A DNA stretch of 64,000 bases from Longimicrobiales bacterium (GCA_965116905.1 OZ220732.1:864001-928000), one strand, 5' to 3'. Positions 10,042 through 20,644 are shown, counted from the stretch's first letter. The notes: generated by a model not told the origin, from the sequence alone. Program-made: numbers and translations.

Positions 10042-11949
10042 CTACGTGTCCCCTGCCTCCGTCGGCGCTCCGGCCACGGCTCGGCGGTTTGCCACTCTGC
10101 GGACCTCCATCACAAGGTTCTGCAGGTCGGCGGGCGAGACGCCGGGGATCCTGCCGGCCTGCGCCAGGCTCCGGGGCCGGACCCGCTCGAGCTTCTGACG
10201 CGCTTCCGTAGACAGCGTCGCAAAACTCGTGAAGGGCGTGTCTTCCGGGATCGCGAAGTCGGCCTGGGCTCGCAGCTTCTCCGCCCGCTCCAGCTCTCGG
10301 CGCACATATCCCTCGTACTTGGTGTCGATCTCGACCGTCGCGAGGACGTCAGGGTCGAAGCGCGGCGCCGCGTCCCCGGCCGCCCGCAGGAGGGCTTCTG
10401 CGGTCACGCGCGGCCGGCGAAGGATGTCCCGGGCCCGTCGGGGGCGTTCGATTGGATGGCTTCCCGCCTCCTCCAGCGCGGGATTCACCGTAGCAGGCTG
10501 CATGATCTCGCTCCGGAACCATGCCATTGCACGCGACTCCTCGCGCAGACGGACCGCGAGCGCGGACTCCTGCTCTCGGGTCAGCAACCCGATTGACCGG
10601 GCGAGCGTCCCGAGGCGCGCGGGTCCGTTGTCCTGGCGCAGCAACAGGCGGAACTCGGCCCGCGACGTGAATAGCCGGTACGGCTCGTCCACACCCTTCG
10701 TGACCAGATCGTCGATGAGGACCCCGATATACCCCTGGTCCCGCTCGATCACAAACGGATCCCTGCCGAGTACGGCCAGGGCGGCGTTGGCGCCGGCGAC
10801 CAGGCCCTGCCCGGCCGCTTCCTCGTACCCGGTCGTTCCGTTGATCTGGCCGGCAAAGTACAATCCCGGAACACGGCGCACCTCGAGCGTGTGCCGCAGT
10901 TGATGCGGCGGAAAGTAGTCGTACTCGATTGCATACCCGGGTTTGGTCATCCTTGCTTCTTCGAGGCCGGGAATCGACCGGAGAAAGGCGAGCTGCACCT
11001 CTGGCGGGAGCGAGGTCGAGAGCCCGTTGACGTACAGTTCGGTCGTATCCAGCCCTTCCGGCTCGAGGAACACCTGGTGGCGCGCCACGTTCGGGAACCG
11101 CACCACCTTGTCCTCGATGGAGGGGCAGTAACGGGGACCCCGACCGGAGATCTCACCTCCGTAAAGTGCACTCCGAGAAAGATTTGCGGTGACTATGCGC
11201 TTGAGTTCCGCGCCGCACCACGTGATCCAGCACGGCCGCTGCCCGGGCAGGGGCTCACGGCTGTAGAAGCAGAATCGGAACGCGCTGTCCTCCCCGTCCT
11301 GGCGCTCGCAGCGCGAAAGGTCCACCGAACGTCCGTCGACCCGCGGCGGCGTGCCCGTCTTGAAGCGCTCCACGTTGAGCCCGCGCGCCTCGAGCGCCTC
11401 GGCTAGGTCGATCGATGGGCCCTCGCCCGCGCGCCCCGCCCCTTGCGCGGCGCTTCCACCGACATGGATCCTGCCACGGAGAAACGTTCCCGCGGTGACC
11501 ACCACGGCCGGTGCCTCGAAGACCACGCCGCCGCGCGTGACAATGCCCTGCACACGGTTGTCGTCCATCATCAGGCCGGTGACCATCTCCTGGAAGAGAT
11601 CCAGGTCGTCGAGCCCGTCGAGAACGCGCCGAACCGCCACAGGATACCGGGCGCGGTCGCATTGGGCCCGTGGTCCCCAGACCGCCGGCCCCTTGGATTG
11701 GTTTAGCATACGAAAGTGTATACGAGCTGCATCCGTGGCCCGCGCCATGACGCCGCCGAGGGCGCCGACTTCGCGCGCCACCGTGCCTTTCGCGACGCCG
11801 CCGATCGCCGGATTGCAGCTCATCTGCGCGATTCGGGTCAGATCCGGAGTCACGAGCACCGTCCTGGCGCCGAGCCGCGCGGACGCGGCGGCGGCTTCGG
11901 TTCCAGCGTGGCCTCCGCCGACCACGATTACGTCATAGCCAAGCCGCAC
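10042..11949 (-). CDS. mnmG: tRNA U34 5-carboxymethylaminomethyl modification enzyme MnmG (GidA)
   Basis: [33 protein letters not shown] and [13 protein letters not shown] motifs. Confidence 0.98.
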   Translation of the reverse strand: MRLGYDVIVVGGGHAGTEAAAASARLGARTVLVTPDLTRIAQMSCNPAIGGVAKGTVAREVGALGGVMARATDAARIHFRMLNQSKGPAVWGPRAQCDRARYPVAVRRVLDGLDDLDLFQEMVTGLMMDDNRVQGIVTRGGVVFEAPAVVVTAGTFLRGRIHVGGSAAQGAGRAGEGPSIDLAEALEARGLNVERFKTGTPPRVDGRSVDLSRCERQDGEDSAFRFCFYSREPLPGQRPCWITWCGAELKRIVTANLSRSALYGGEISGRGPRYCPSIEDKVVRFPNVARHQVFLEPEGLDTTELYVNGLSTSLPPEVQLAFLRSIPGLEEARMTKPGYAIEYDYFPPHQLRHTLEVRRVPGLYFAGQINGTTGYEEAAGQGLVAGANAALAVLGRDPFVIERDQGYIGVLIDDLVTKGVDEPYRLFTSRAEFRLLLRQDNGPARLGTLARSIGLLTREQESALAVRLREESRAMAWFRSEIMQPATVNPALEEAGSHPIERPRRARDILRRPRVTAEALLRAAGDAAPRFDPDVLATVEIDTKYEGYVRRELERAEKLRAQADFAIPEDTPFTSFATLSTEARQKLERVRPRSLAQAGRIPGVSPADLQNLVMEVRRVANRRAVAGAPTEAGDT

Positions 11950-11952
11950 GGT

Positions 11953-13323
11953 TCACTTCCCTATGCAGAATTCCCCGAAAACGCGATCCAGTACCTCGTC
12001 CGGCGCGATCACGCCGAGGATTCCCTCGAGCGCGCTCTCGGCGGACTTGAGGTGGGCGGACGCGACCTCGGGCGGGATCCCCGCCGAAAGCGCTTCCGCA
12101 AAGGACTCCACCTCGGTTCGCGCGACCCGCAACAACTCCGCCTGCCGTCGACTGGTGACCACCGGCACTTCGTCACGATTCTCCACGATACCCCGGAACA
12201 CCAGTCCGCGCAGCCTGGTCCTCAGTTTGGCCAGCCCCTGGCCCGACTTCACCGAGACGGCCACCTCGTCACTCCCCGGTGCGTCACCGGCGCCGGCAAG
12301 GTCCCATTTCGTCCTCACGAGGATCACCGGCGACCCCAGCGACGCCAGGAACCTCTCGTCGCGCCGCCCCCGGGCAACCCCCGCTTCGCGACAGTACAGG
12401 ACAACGTCGGCGCCAGCCAGGTAGCGGCGGGCCACCTCGATCCCCAGTCGCTCCACGGTGCCGGCATCGCCGCGGAGTCCCGCCGTGTCGACGAGCCGGA
12501 ACGGAAACCCGTCCACCTCCACCACCGCCTCGATCGCGTCGCGCGTCGTGCCCGGAACATCTGTGACAATCGCGCGTTCCTGTCCGACTAAAGCATTGAA
12601 CAGACTGGACTTACCCGAATTGGGACGGCCGGCGAGCACGGTCACGGCACCCTCCCTCAGCAGCTCGCCGGAGGGGGCGGTGGCCAGCAGCAGGCCCATG
12701 TCGCGCCCCACGTCGGCCGCCCTTGCTGCAATGGCGGTCAACGGAGTGGGGGCGTCGTCTTCCTCGGGAAAATCGATGTGTTGCACCAGCAGCGCGGCGA
12801 GTCCGATCACGGCCTCCCGCAGGGCGGCGATCCTTGCGCCCAGCCCCCGTTCGAGCTGGTGCAGAGCCACGGCCCGGCCCTTCTCCGAGCGCGCCGCAAC
12901 CAGGTCCGCGACCGCCTCCGCCTGGGTCAGGTCCAGCTTGCCGTTCAGATAGGCCCGCTCCGTGAACTCCCCCGGTCTCGCCTGGCGGGCACCCAGCGCG
13001 ATGCACGCGGCGACCACGTTCCCGGGGATCGAGTGGCCGCCATGGGTCGACAGTTCCACCACGTCTTCGCCGGTGTAGCTCGCCGGCGCCAGATACACGG
13101 TAACCAGCGCCTGGTCGAGCGCTTCGCCCGACCGCGGGCGGTACAGGGTGCGGAGTTGGCTGGTCCGTTCCGCCCAGGCGGCGGTGGCGATGCCCTTGTC
13201 GCCGGTCAGCTCCGCCGCAATCCGGAGCGCGCGGCTTCCCGAAAGACGAACCAGCGCGATAGCGCCGAACCCCGGGGGTGTCGCCTGGGCCACGATGGTA
13301 TCGAGCAGCACGCCGGAGTCCAT
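11953..13323 (-). CDS. mnmE: tRNA modification GTPase MnmE (TrmE)
   Basis: GRPNSGKSS, GTTRD, DTAG and C-terminal FCIGK motifs. Confidence 0.98.
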   Translation of the reverse strand: MDSGVLLDTIVAQATPPGFGAIALVRLSGSRALRIAAELTGDKGIATAAWAERTSQLRTLYRPRSGEALDQALVTVYLAPASYTGEDVVELSTHGGHSIPGNVVAACIALGARQARPGEFTERAYLNGKLDLTQAEAVADLVAARSEKGRAVALHQLERGLGARIAALREAVIGLAALLVQHIDFPEEDDAPTPLTAIAARAADVGRDMGLLLATAPSGELLREGAVTVLAGRPNSGKSSLFNALVGQERAIVTDVPGTTRDAIEAVVEVDGFPFRLVDTAGLRGDAGTVERLGIEVARRYLAGADVVLYCREAGVARGRRDERFLASLGSPVILVRTKWDLAGAGDAPGSDEVAVSVKSGQGLAKLRTRLRGLVFRGIVENRDEVPVVTSRRQAELLRVARTEVESFAEALSAGIPPEVASAHLKSAESALEGILGVIAPDEVLDRVFGEFCIGK

Positions 13324-13345
13324 GGGAGCACCACCAGCCGAACCG

Positions 13346-15022
13346 TCAGCGAGAGCGCTTTACCGGACCCGCCGCCTGCATCTTCCTTCTTTCCTTGGCG
13401 ATGAGGATCTGTTGCGGAATCGTCGCGAGGTTGACGGTTACGTAATAGAGGTTGAGCCCGGACGCCCACCGCCAGAAGAGCACGGTCATGAAGACCGGCA
13501 TGATATACATCATCATCTTCATCTGCTGGTTCGCCATTCCCTGCGCCGGACTGGTCTTGTACATGATGAACTGCAGCAGGAACATGCTGGCGCCCAGCGA
13601 GAGCGGCAGAATGTAGAAGGGGTCGGCCGCGGACAGGTCCGGAAGCCACATGAAGGATTCGCCGCGCAGCTCGATCGTGGTCCGGAAGACCAGGAACAGC
13701 GCGATCAGCATGGGCATGGGGATCAGCATCGGCACGCACCCCGCGAACGGGTTGACGCCGTGCTCCTTGTACAGCTTCATCGTCTCCTGCTGCATCCGCT
13801 GCGGATCGTTCGGGTATTTCTTCTTGATCTCCTGTGCCAGCGGCTGCACGCTCATCATGTTGACCTGAGCGAGCATCGCCTTGCGCTGCAGCGGCCACAG
13901 CAGAACGCGCATCAGCACCCCGATCACGATCAGCACCCAGCCGTACCCCAGCAGCAGGTTCTCGTGCAGGACCCGGACGAGCCACAGGATCACCGCCACC
14001 AAGGGCCGGATGATCGGGCGGAAGATGCGCCATCCGTACGGGTTGACTTCCTCGAGATCGTCCCCGATGGCGACCAGGCGCTCGCGCTCGATCGGGCCCA
14101 GATACGCCCGGTACGAATAGCTGCCGTCGTCGCCGACGGGGCTGGCGACCTGCACGCCGGCCCGCCCTTCCTCCGGCAGCGGCTCCGCCCACATGGCCGT
14201 CAGGTAGTCCCCAACGCGGACTCCGTCCCCCGCCAGAATCACCTGCACGAAGTACTTGCTCTTGACCGCCGCCCACAGGAGCGGACCCTCGACCACCTCC
14301 GGCTCGTCCACGCGCGACAGCGGGCGCGATCTTGTGCCGTCCTCGGCGTGGTTCCCGAGGTACGCCATCGCCCTCCAGTCTTCCGTGTCCTGAAGCTCGT
14401 TGATCGCCAGGCCAGGCCCGAGATCCACGAACAGCGCCGATCGGTCCACCGCGGGCAGTTCGCCCTCGACGGCGACCACGTACGAATCCGGGGTGAACGT
14501 GTAGCGGATTTCGCTGAAGAACCGACCCTCGGGGTAGTCGTAGCGGAAGGTCAGGGTCCGCGGTCCGCTCCCCTCGCTGAGCCGAATCCCGTCCGCCGGG
14601 CTGACCGAGTACTGATACCTGGACAGTGCGACCGAGTCCGCACCGCCGCCGTACAGCCACGTCGCACCGAGGACGCCTTCCACGCCCTCGGGCACCAGCT
14701 CCACCGCGCCCTCACGCTGAAACGATTCGTAGCCTGGCAGCCGGACCGAGCGTACCAGGGCGCCGCGGCTCGAAAAAGTGATATGGAACAGGGGCGTTTC
14801 CACGGTAACCAACCGCTCCGGGTCGTCGTCCCGCGGTGCCTCGAAGGGCCGGTCGACGCCACCTTCGTCGCGGACGTCGATCTCTCCGGCCTGCGGCGCC
14901 GCCGGTTCGCCGACGGGCTCCGCGACCGGATCCGGAGCGACCGGTGGAAAGAGAAGGTTCGTGACCACGAAGACGGCGAGCATCAGGAACATCGCCAGCA
15001 GGAACCGCAATCCCGTCTTCAT
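13346..15022 (-). CDS. yidC: Membrane protein insertase YidC
   Basis: Large periplasmic domain, then GVNPFAGCVP, WLPDLSAADP and GLNLYY motifs; canonical location. Confidence 0.96.
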   Translation of the reverse strand: MKTGLRFLLAMFLMLAVFVVTNLLFPPVAPDPVAEPVGEPAAPQAGEIDVRDEGGVDRPFEAPRDDDPERLVTVETPLFHITFSSRGALVRSVRLPGYESFQREGAVELVPEGVEGVLGATWLYGGGADSVALSRYQYSVSPADGIRLSEGSGPRTLTFRYDYPEGRFFSEIRYTFTPDSYVVAVEGELPAVDRSALFVDLGPGLAINELQDTEDWRAMAYLGNHAEDGTRSRPLSRVDEPEVVEGPLLWAAVKSKYFVQVILAGDGVRVGDYLTAMWAEPLPEEGRAGVQVASPVGDDGSYSYRAYLGPIERERLVAIGDDLEEVNPYGWRIFRPIIRPLVAVILWLVRVLHENLLLGYGWVLIVIGVLMRVLLWPLQRKAMLAQVNMMSVQPLAQEIKKKYPNDPQRMQQETMKLYKEHGVNPFAGCVPMLIPMPMLIALFLVFRTTIELRGESFMWLPDLSAADPFYILPLSLGASMFLLQFIMYKTSPAQGMANQQMKMMMYIMPVFMTVLFWRWASGLNLYYVTVNLATIPQQILIAKERRKMQAAGPVKRSR

Positions 15023-15294
15023 CGCTCTCCCGTCTCCACCCCGGGGACCGGATCAAACCCCTGGCCGCCCCACGGGTGACACCGCGCCAGCCGCCTGACG
15101 CCGAGCCATCCGCCCCGCCAGGGCCCGTATGCCTCGATTGCCATGCGCGCGTACTCCGAACACGTCGGAAGGTAGCGGCACGGAGAGGTCCTGAATGCCG
15201 AGACCGTTCCCTGGTACGCCTGGATCGCCAGGACCATGAAGCGTGCGAGCAGTCGGCTTCCCGCCCCGCTGCGCTGTGTGCGGCCCTCTACCAT
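15019..15294 (-). CDS. yidD: Membrane protein insertion efficiency factor YidD
   Basis: CRYLPTCSEY...RCHPWGGQGFDPVP. Confidence 0.95.
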   Translation of the reverse strand: MVEGRTQRSGAGSRLLARFMVLAIQAYQGTVSAFRTSPCRYLPTCSEYARMAIEAYGPWRGGWLGVRRLARCHPWGGQGFDPVPGVETGER

Positions 15295-15653
15295 TCTCTC
15301 TCCACGACGCCCATCAACTCGTCCTCGAGTTGACGATACGTCGCCCGGTAGGCGCTTGTTCTAACCCGCACCAGCACATCCGCGCCGATTCCCCTCGCGC
15401 GCAACGCGCCCAGCACCCGCTTGCGTCCGATCTCACGCAGTCTGCGCTTGAGACGGTTCCGGGCGACGCTGCCGTTTCCCAGCTTGGGGACCACCCATCC
15501 GATCCGTGGCCGCGGCCGTGACGGAAGACGGAGGACATAGACGTCCAGCGTTGGCGTTCTCGTGCGGATCCCCTTTCGCAGTACGGTCCGGATTTCCCCG
15601 CCGTGACGGATCCGGGCCTTCCCGGGGAGCCGCTGGCCCTCCGGCTCCACCAA
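15288..15653 (-). CDS. rnpA: Ribonuclease P protein component
   Basis: RIGWVVPKLGNGSVARNRLKRRLRE (RNR motif); lies between rpmH and yidD. Confidence 0.92.
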   Translation of the reverse strand: MVEPEGQRLPGKARIRHGGEIRTVLRKGIRTRTPTLDVYVLRLPSRPRPRIGWVVPKLGNGSVARNRLKRRLREIGRKRVLGALRARGIGADVLVRVRTSAYRATYRQLEDELMGVVEREW

Positions 15654-15660
15654 CGCACCG

Positions 15661-15819
15661 CTACCTGGGATTCTTGGATCCGATGCGCACCACCAGCGTC
15701 CGTCGGCCCCGCCGGCGGCGGCGATTAAGGGTCGCGCGGCCCGCCTTCGTGCTCATGCGCGCTCGAAAGCCATGCTTGTTCAAGCGCTTGCGGTTGCGGG
15801 GCCTGTAGGTCGGTTTCAT
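15661..15819 (-). CDS. rpmH: 50S ribosomal protein L34
   Basis: Not in the ORF track (52 aa). Manual translation: [52 protein letters not shown]. Confidence 0.96.
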   Translation of the reverse strand: MKPTYRPRNRKRLNKHGFRARMSTKAGRATLNRRRRRGRRTLVVRIGSKNPR

Positions 15820-16079
15820 CTGTCAGTTCGGGCTGGCGGTGTCGGCAGTGGCCGCCCTCCGTCCGGCAAGGCGGAGACGCGACCCAACAATGGACTAGCC
15901 CTCAAAGGTATCCGATCCGATCACCCACGGTCAACAGCCGGTCAACAGCGGTCGCAGGCATCGGCCGTCGACGGCGGCCAACAGGCCTCTCCGCCGGGTG
16001 GTGTTGACGGGCGAAAGGCGGTTTGACTTCCGATGGGTGCGCCCATATGCTTGGCGCCCCTGTTGAACACCGCGAGGGC

Positions 16080-17492
16080 ATGGAACTAGGCGCAAACGAA
16101 CTCTGGGGTCGCATACTCGGGCAGGCCCGGCATGGGCTGCCCGAGCAGACTTTTCGCACCTGGCTTGCCAGCGCGAAGGCCGTTTCCTGGTCGGACGGGG
16201 TCCTGCACCTCGCGGCGCCGAGCCGCTTCCACGCGGAGTGGCTGGAAGACAAGTACGGGGAGACCGTGCATGAGATCGCCCTTGCGATCGTGGGGGCGCC
16301 GGTCGAGCTCCGCATCTCGTCGCAGTTCGGGGCACCGGAGCGGGCGACGCCGCAGATCTCGGTCGCGCAGGTCGAGGAACCGGATCCGCCGCAACCCTAC
16401 CACGAGTCTCATGCACCCGATGCGAGTCCTTCTCCGGACGCCGCACCGCAACCGGCTGAATCCGTGCCGGGGCTCAACGTCCGGTACACCTTCGACCGCT
16501 TCATCGTCGGCGAGAACAACCGCCTGGCACAGGCGGCGAGCATGGCGGTCGCGGAGCGGCCGGCCAGAAGCTACAACCCGCTCTTCCTGTACGGGGGCAC
16601 CGGCCTCGGCAAGACCCACCTGATGCAGGCCATCGCGAATCGCCTGCTCCAGGAAGCAGGTGGCACGCGCGTCTGCTACATCCCGGCCGAGCAGTTCGTG
16701 AACGAGATGGTCACCGCGATCGGCAGCCACACGACCGATGCGTTCCGGGGGCGCTACCGGTCCTACGACCTGCTTCTCGTGGACGATGTCCAGTTTCTGC
16801 GCGGGAAGGAGCGCACCCAGGAGGAGTTCTTCCACACCTTCAACGTGCTGTACAACGGCGGCCGCCAGATCGTGCTGACCAGCGACCGTCACCCGAGGGA
16901 GCTCGAGGGACTGGAGGACCGGCTTGTCTCCAGGTTCGAATGGGGGCTCGTGGCCGGTGTCCACCGACCCGAGTACGAGACCCGTGTGGCCATCCTGCAG
17001 CGGAAGGCCGACGAGGACGAGGTGCCGATCGGACCGAACGTGCTCGACCTGATCGCGCGGTGCTGCCGATCATCGGTTCGGGAGCTGGAGGGCGCGCTCA
17101 TCAAGCTGCTGGCGGTCGCCTCCCTGACGGGGCGCGAGCCCACTCTCGACCTCGCGCGCATCGCGCTGGCCGGAATGGCGGAGTTGCAGGAGCAGCGGCC
17201 GCTCGACCCCGAAGGCATCCGGGAGAAGGTGGCCGATGTCTGGGGCGTGACCGCCCGGGCGCTTGCCTCCAAGAGCAGAATGCGGAAGCTCGTCGTGCCG
17301 AGGCAGGTCGCGATGTTCCTCATGCGGGAGCTGCTGGATCTTCCGCTGGCCCGGATCGGGGGAGCCTTCGGCGGCCGTGACCATTCCACGGTCATCCATT
17401 CCATCCGTAAGGTCGAGTCGCGCCTCGGGGCTGACAGCGCGTTCCAGGCGAAGGTCGACGAGCTACGGGAAACCCTGGCCAAGTCCGCGTGA
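16080..17492 (+). CDS. dnaA: Chromosomal replication initiator DnaA
   Basis: YNPLFLYGGTGLGKTHL, DDVQFL, QEEFFHTFN and GRDHSTVIHS motifs. Probable ATG start at 16080. Confidence 0.98.
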   Translation: MELGANELWGRILGQARHGLPEQTFRTWLASAKAVSWSDGVLHLAAPSRFHAEWLEDKYGETVHEIALAIVGAPVELRISSQFGAPERATPQISVAQVEEPDPPQPYHESHAPDASPSPDAAPQPAESVPGLNVRYTFDRFIVGENNRLAQAASMAVAERPARSYNPLFLYGGTGLGKTHLMQAIANRLLQEAGGTRVCYIPAEQFVNEMVTAIGSHTTDAFRGRYRSYDLLLVDDVQFLRGKERTQEEFFHTFNVLYNGGRQIVLTSDRHPRELEGLEDRLVSRFEWGLVAGVHRPEYETRVAILQRKADEDEVPIGPNVLDLIARCCRSSVRELEGALIKLLAVASLTGREPTLDLARIALAGMAELQEQRPLDPEGIREKVADVWGVTARALASKSRMRKLVVPRQVAMFLMRELLDLPLARIGGAFGGRDHSTVIHSIRKVESRLGADSAFQAKVDELRETLAKSA

Positions 17493-17830
17493 GAGGGCGT
17501 CGCGGCTTGAACGGGGGCTCGTATGGCATCGCGGCTGTGGAAAACCCGGTGGGAAACGCCCCCGTTTTCCCCCTTTTTCCACAATCGTCGTGGCCGCGAT
17601 GGGACAACTGCCGCTTTTTCCACTGCTTCCCACGTGGTCCCCTTCTCTGCTCCGATCCCGGCGCCGCAGGCTCCCAGACCCTTCCATCCGGCCATTTCCA
17701 CAGTATCCACCGCCCCTATGATGATGAGTTTATCTATCTTTAATGCCATATTTCACAGGAGAGTCCCGGCCTCGTCCGTGTATTTCCGAGATCGTCCACC
17801 GTTCCTCCTCACGCTTTCCGACAGGCTTCC
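17493..17830. other. Replication origin oriC (dnaA-dnaN intergenic region)
   Basis: DnaA-box-like 9-mers: TGTGGAAAA 17536-17544, TTTTCCACA 17575-17583, TTTTCCACT 17616-17624, and tandem ATTTCCACA/GTATCCACC 17694-17711. These are followed by GCCCC and the AT-rich TATGATGATGAGTTTATCTATCTTTAAT. Confidence 0.88.
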
Positions 17831-18934
17831 ATGAAATTCACGATCACACGGCAGAACCTCCACAAAGGGCTTGCCGCGGTCTCGGCCAGCATTCCTGCCA
17901 AGACGACGCTCCCCGTGCTCTCGAACGTGCTGCTGGAAGCCGGGGACAACGCCGTGTGGCTGAGCGGCACGGACCTGGACGTTTCGATCCGGATGAAGGT
18001 GCCCGCGGAGGTGGAGCAAGGCGGAGCGATCACGGCTCCCGGGCGCAAGCTGCAGGAACTGACGCGGGAACTCCCGGATGAGCCGGTGGACATGCGGGCT
18101 CGTGGTGATCAGCTCGAGATCGCCTGCGGTCACAGCCGTTTCAAGCTCAATGGACTCCCGAGCGAGGAGTTCCCCAATTTGCCCGCGATCGACTTCGAAG
18201 AGGGGTGGACGGTCTCGGAGGAGTCGCTGCGCCTTCTGATCAAGAGGACTTCGTTCGCAGTGTCGACCGAAGAGAGCCGGCCCATCCTGAACGGGGTGCT
18301 GTGGGAGCTCGAGGACACGCAGATGTGCATGGTGGCCACCAATGGACATCGGCTGGCGAAGATGGTCGTCGAATCGGACTCCGCGGCGGCCGGAAGCGCG
18401 GATCTCATCGTGCCGCCGGTTGCGCTTGGGCAGGTGGAACGGCTGTTCGACGAGGACGGCACGCTCAGTGTCGCCAGGGGCGGCAACCACCTTGCCTTCC
18501 GTTCGGACCACAAGGAGGTCTACACGCGCCTGATCGAGGGCAAGTATCCGAACTACGAACAGGTCATCCCCAAGGACAACGACAGAATCGCCACCGTCGA
18601 CCGCCAGGTGCTCGAGGGAGCCCTGCGCCGCATGGCGGTTCTCGCCAGCGATCAGACGCGGCGGGTGAAGCTGTCGTTTCAGTCCGACCGGGTGCACTTC
18701 GACGTAATGACGCCCGATCTGGGCGAGGCGCACGACGAACTGGAGCTGGACTACGAGGGTGACGGGCTGGAAATCGGCTTCAACGCGAACTACCTCCTGG
18801 AGGTGCTGCGGAACATGCCGCCCGGCGAAGTCAGACTCGCCTTCAAGAGTGCGGAGCGCGCGGCCACCGTGACGCCCGTCGACGACGACCTGGACTACCT
18901 GTGTCTGGTCATGCCGTTGCGACTGGTCGACTGA
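17831..18934 (+). CDS. dnaN: DNA polymerase III beta sliding clamp
   Basis: LPVLSNVLL, GTDLD, SRPILNGV, VATNGHRLA, RLIEGKYPNYEQVIP, IGFNANYLLE and C-terminal VMPLRL motifs. Confidence 0.98.
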   Translation: MKFTITRQNLHKGLAAVSASIPAKTTLPVLSNVLLEAGDNAVWLSGTDLDVSIRMKVPAEVEQGGAITAPGRKLQELTRELPDEPVDMRARGDQLEIACGHSRFKLNGLPSEEFPNLPAIDFEEGWTVSEESLRLLIKRTSFAVSTEESRPILNGVLWELEDTQMCMVATNGHRLAKMVVESDSAAAGSADLIVPPVALGQVERLFDEDGTLSVARGGNHLAFRSDHKEVYTRLIEGKYPNYEQVIPKDNDRIATVDRQVLEGALRRMAVLASDQTRRVKLSFQSDRVHFDVMTPDLGEAHDELELDYEGDGLEIGFNANYLLEVLRNMPPGEVRLAFKSAERAATVTPVDDDLDYLCLVMPLRLVD

Positions 18935-19017
18935 CCCGCCGCCGTGCACGACGGGTTGCGCTGCGGACCGCGGACAGGATCGCCTGGGGAGCCCGCGCCG
19001 GCCACCCGGGCCTGTCT

Positions 19018-19560
19018 CTAGAGAAGTTCCGTGGCAGCGAACACCGAGCGAAAATCGTAACCGGCGGCCGCCAGGCGCTTGGCGCCGCCCTCCTGGCGGT
19101 CGACCAGGGCAAGCACGCCGAGGATGACGGCTCCGTGGGCCGCCACCACGTCCAGGGCTCTGAGCAGGCTCCCGCCGGTCGTGACCGAATCCTCCACCAC
19201 GACCACGCGTGCCCCGGGGGCAAGGCCACCCTCGATCTGGCGGCCGGCGCCGTGCCCCTTGGGCTCCTTGCGGACGGTGAAGGCATCGAGGACGGAGCCG
19301 GTGCGGGTCGCGTGGTGTGCGATCGCGTAGGCGACGGGGTCGGCGCCCAGGGTCATTCCGCCCACGAACGCGGGCGCCCAGCCGGCCTCCTGAATGGCCT
19401 GAAAGCCAACTTCACCGACGAGGATCTGGCCCTCGCCGGTCATCGTCGTGAGGCGGGCGTCGATGTAGTAGGGCGAACGACGGCCGCTGGCCAGTGTAAA
19501 ATCACCTGTCCTCACACTGCGCTCGCGCAGTAGATTGCGGAGATGGGAGATGGTGGACAT
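19018..19560 (-). CDS. pyrE: Orotate phosphoribosyltransferase
   Basis: GDFTLASGRRSPYYID, RKEPKGHG and VVVEDSVTTGGS PRPP loop. Probable ATG at 19560. Confidence 0.95.
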   Translation of the reverse strand: MSTISHLRNLLRERSVRTGDFTLASGRRSPYYIDARLTTMTGEGQILVGEVGFQAIQEAGWAPAFVGGMTLGADPVAYAIAHHATRTGSVLDAFTVRKEPKGHGAGRQIEGGLAPGARVVVVEDSVTTGGSLLRALDVVAAHGAVILGVLALVDRQEGGAKRLAAAGYDFRSVFAATELL

Positions 19561-19564
19561 GGCG

Positions 19565-20629
19565 ATGAAAAGATATACTGACGGGGTCCGCAAAGGAAGT
19601 CGTCCGAGTTTCCGTGGGTTGTCTGTAACTCTAGGTCTGACCATACTTTGCGTGATGTTGACTGGTTGTGACGGTACCGTCCCGGACAACGGACTCCTCC
19701 GTTTCGGGTCGGAAGGCGAGGTGCGGATCACGGCTGAAGTGCCTCTTCAGGGGGATATCGGCTGGCTTCAGCAAGTGGTGACCTGGAGCTCGGACGGGGC
19801 CTGGAAGCTGTTCGAGGAGATCGGCTACCGCGGTGCGGCCGGAGACGAGAACCTGACCCGCAACCCCGGCTTGCCGGTCCATTACGCCGCACAGTACCCG
19901 AGCCTGATCCAGCTTCTCAACGATGGCGGTGCGAAGGTGTTCGGGGTGGACTCGATCCTCGACCCGGACCTGGATCCTGACTGCGGGGTCGGAAAGACCA
20001 GGGTGACGCTGCAGATCTACGACTCCCGGCGCGAGGAGCGGATGGAATGGACGCGCTGCGCCGGCGACGCCAGCACGCTCCGAAACGTGAAGACGGAAGG
20101 GGCCGGGCCGGACACGGGTGCGAGTCGGGTCATACAGGCGGCGATCAAGATCAGGGACTGGACGGTCGGCCAGGACTTCCTGTCGGTGTATTCCGGGAGT
20201 CTGCCGTACGGGACGCTGGACAAGGGCACCGAAACCGGGTCCGGGATCGACAGCCTGATATGGTTCCGGGCTCCCGACGAGTCCGACGGCGCCCAGACCC
20301 AGGAGCGCTTCCTGGCCTTCTGGGATTCGCACACGGCGGGTTCCGGCCGGGCCGCGCCCGAGATCGACTGGGCCGCCGAAATGGTCCTCGTCGGGGCGGT
20401 GGGGGTGCGCGAGGAGGTGGGGGACTCCGTCGAGGTGCGGCGGCTCCTGCTGATCGGCAACGACGAGCGGGTCACCGGGACCAGAATCGAGGTTGTCGAG
20501 AGGAACCCGGGGGACTTCTGTGCCCCGGCAAGGCGGATCGTGCGGCCGTATCACATCGTGGTCGCACCGAAGACGCCGGAGCCGTTCTATCCCGAGGTCC
20601 GCGCCGAGCGGGTACCCTGTGGCACGTAG
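19565..20629 (+). CDS. Hypothetical lipoprotein with PrcB-like C-terminal domain
   Basis: Lipobox LTGC. C-terminal PEIDWAAEMVLVG...VEV...ERNPGDFC...RPYHIVVAPK resembles PrcB C-terminal domains. Start uncertain. Confidence 0.6.
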   Translation: MKRYTDGVRKGSRPSFRGLSVTLGLTILCVMLTGCDGTVPDNGLLRFGSEGEVRITAEVPLQGDIGWLQQVVTWSSDGAWKLFEEIGYRGAAGDENLTRNPGLPVHYAAQYPSLIQLLNDGGAKVFGVDSILDPDLDPDCGVGKTRVTLQIYDSRREERMEWTRCAGDASTLRNVKTEGAGPDTGASRVIQAAIKIRDWTVGQDFLSVYSGSLPYGTLDKGTETGSGIDSLIWFRAPDESDGAQTQERFLAFWDSHTAGSGRAAPEIDWAAEMVLVGAVGVREEVGDSVEVRRLLLIGNDERVTGTRIEVVERNPGDFCAPARRIVRPYHIVVAPKTPEPFYPEVRAERVPCGT

Positions 20630-20644
20630 CCGGAGTTCCGGGCC

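Noticed and set aside
17626..17641. Third parS site inside oriC (CCACGTGG core)
   Set aside because: Only 10 of 16 positions match and the outer palindrome arms are missing.
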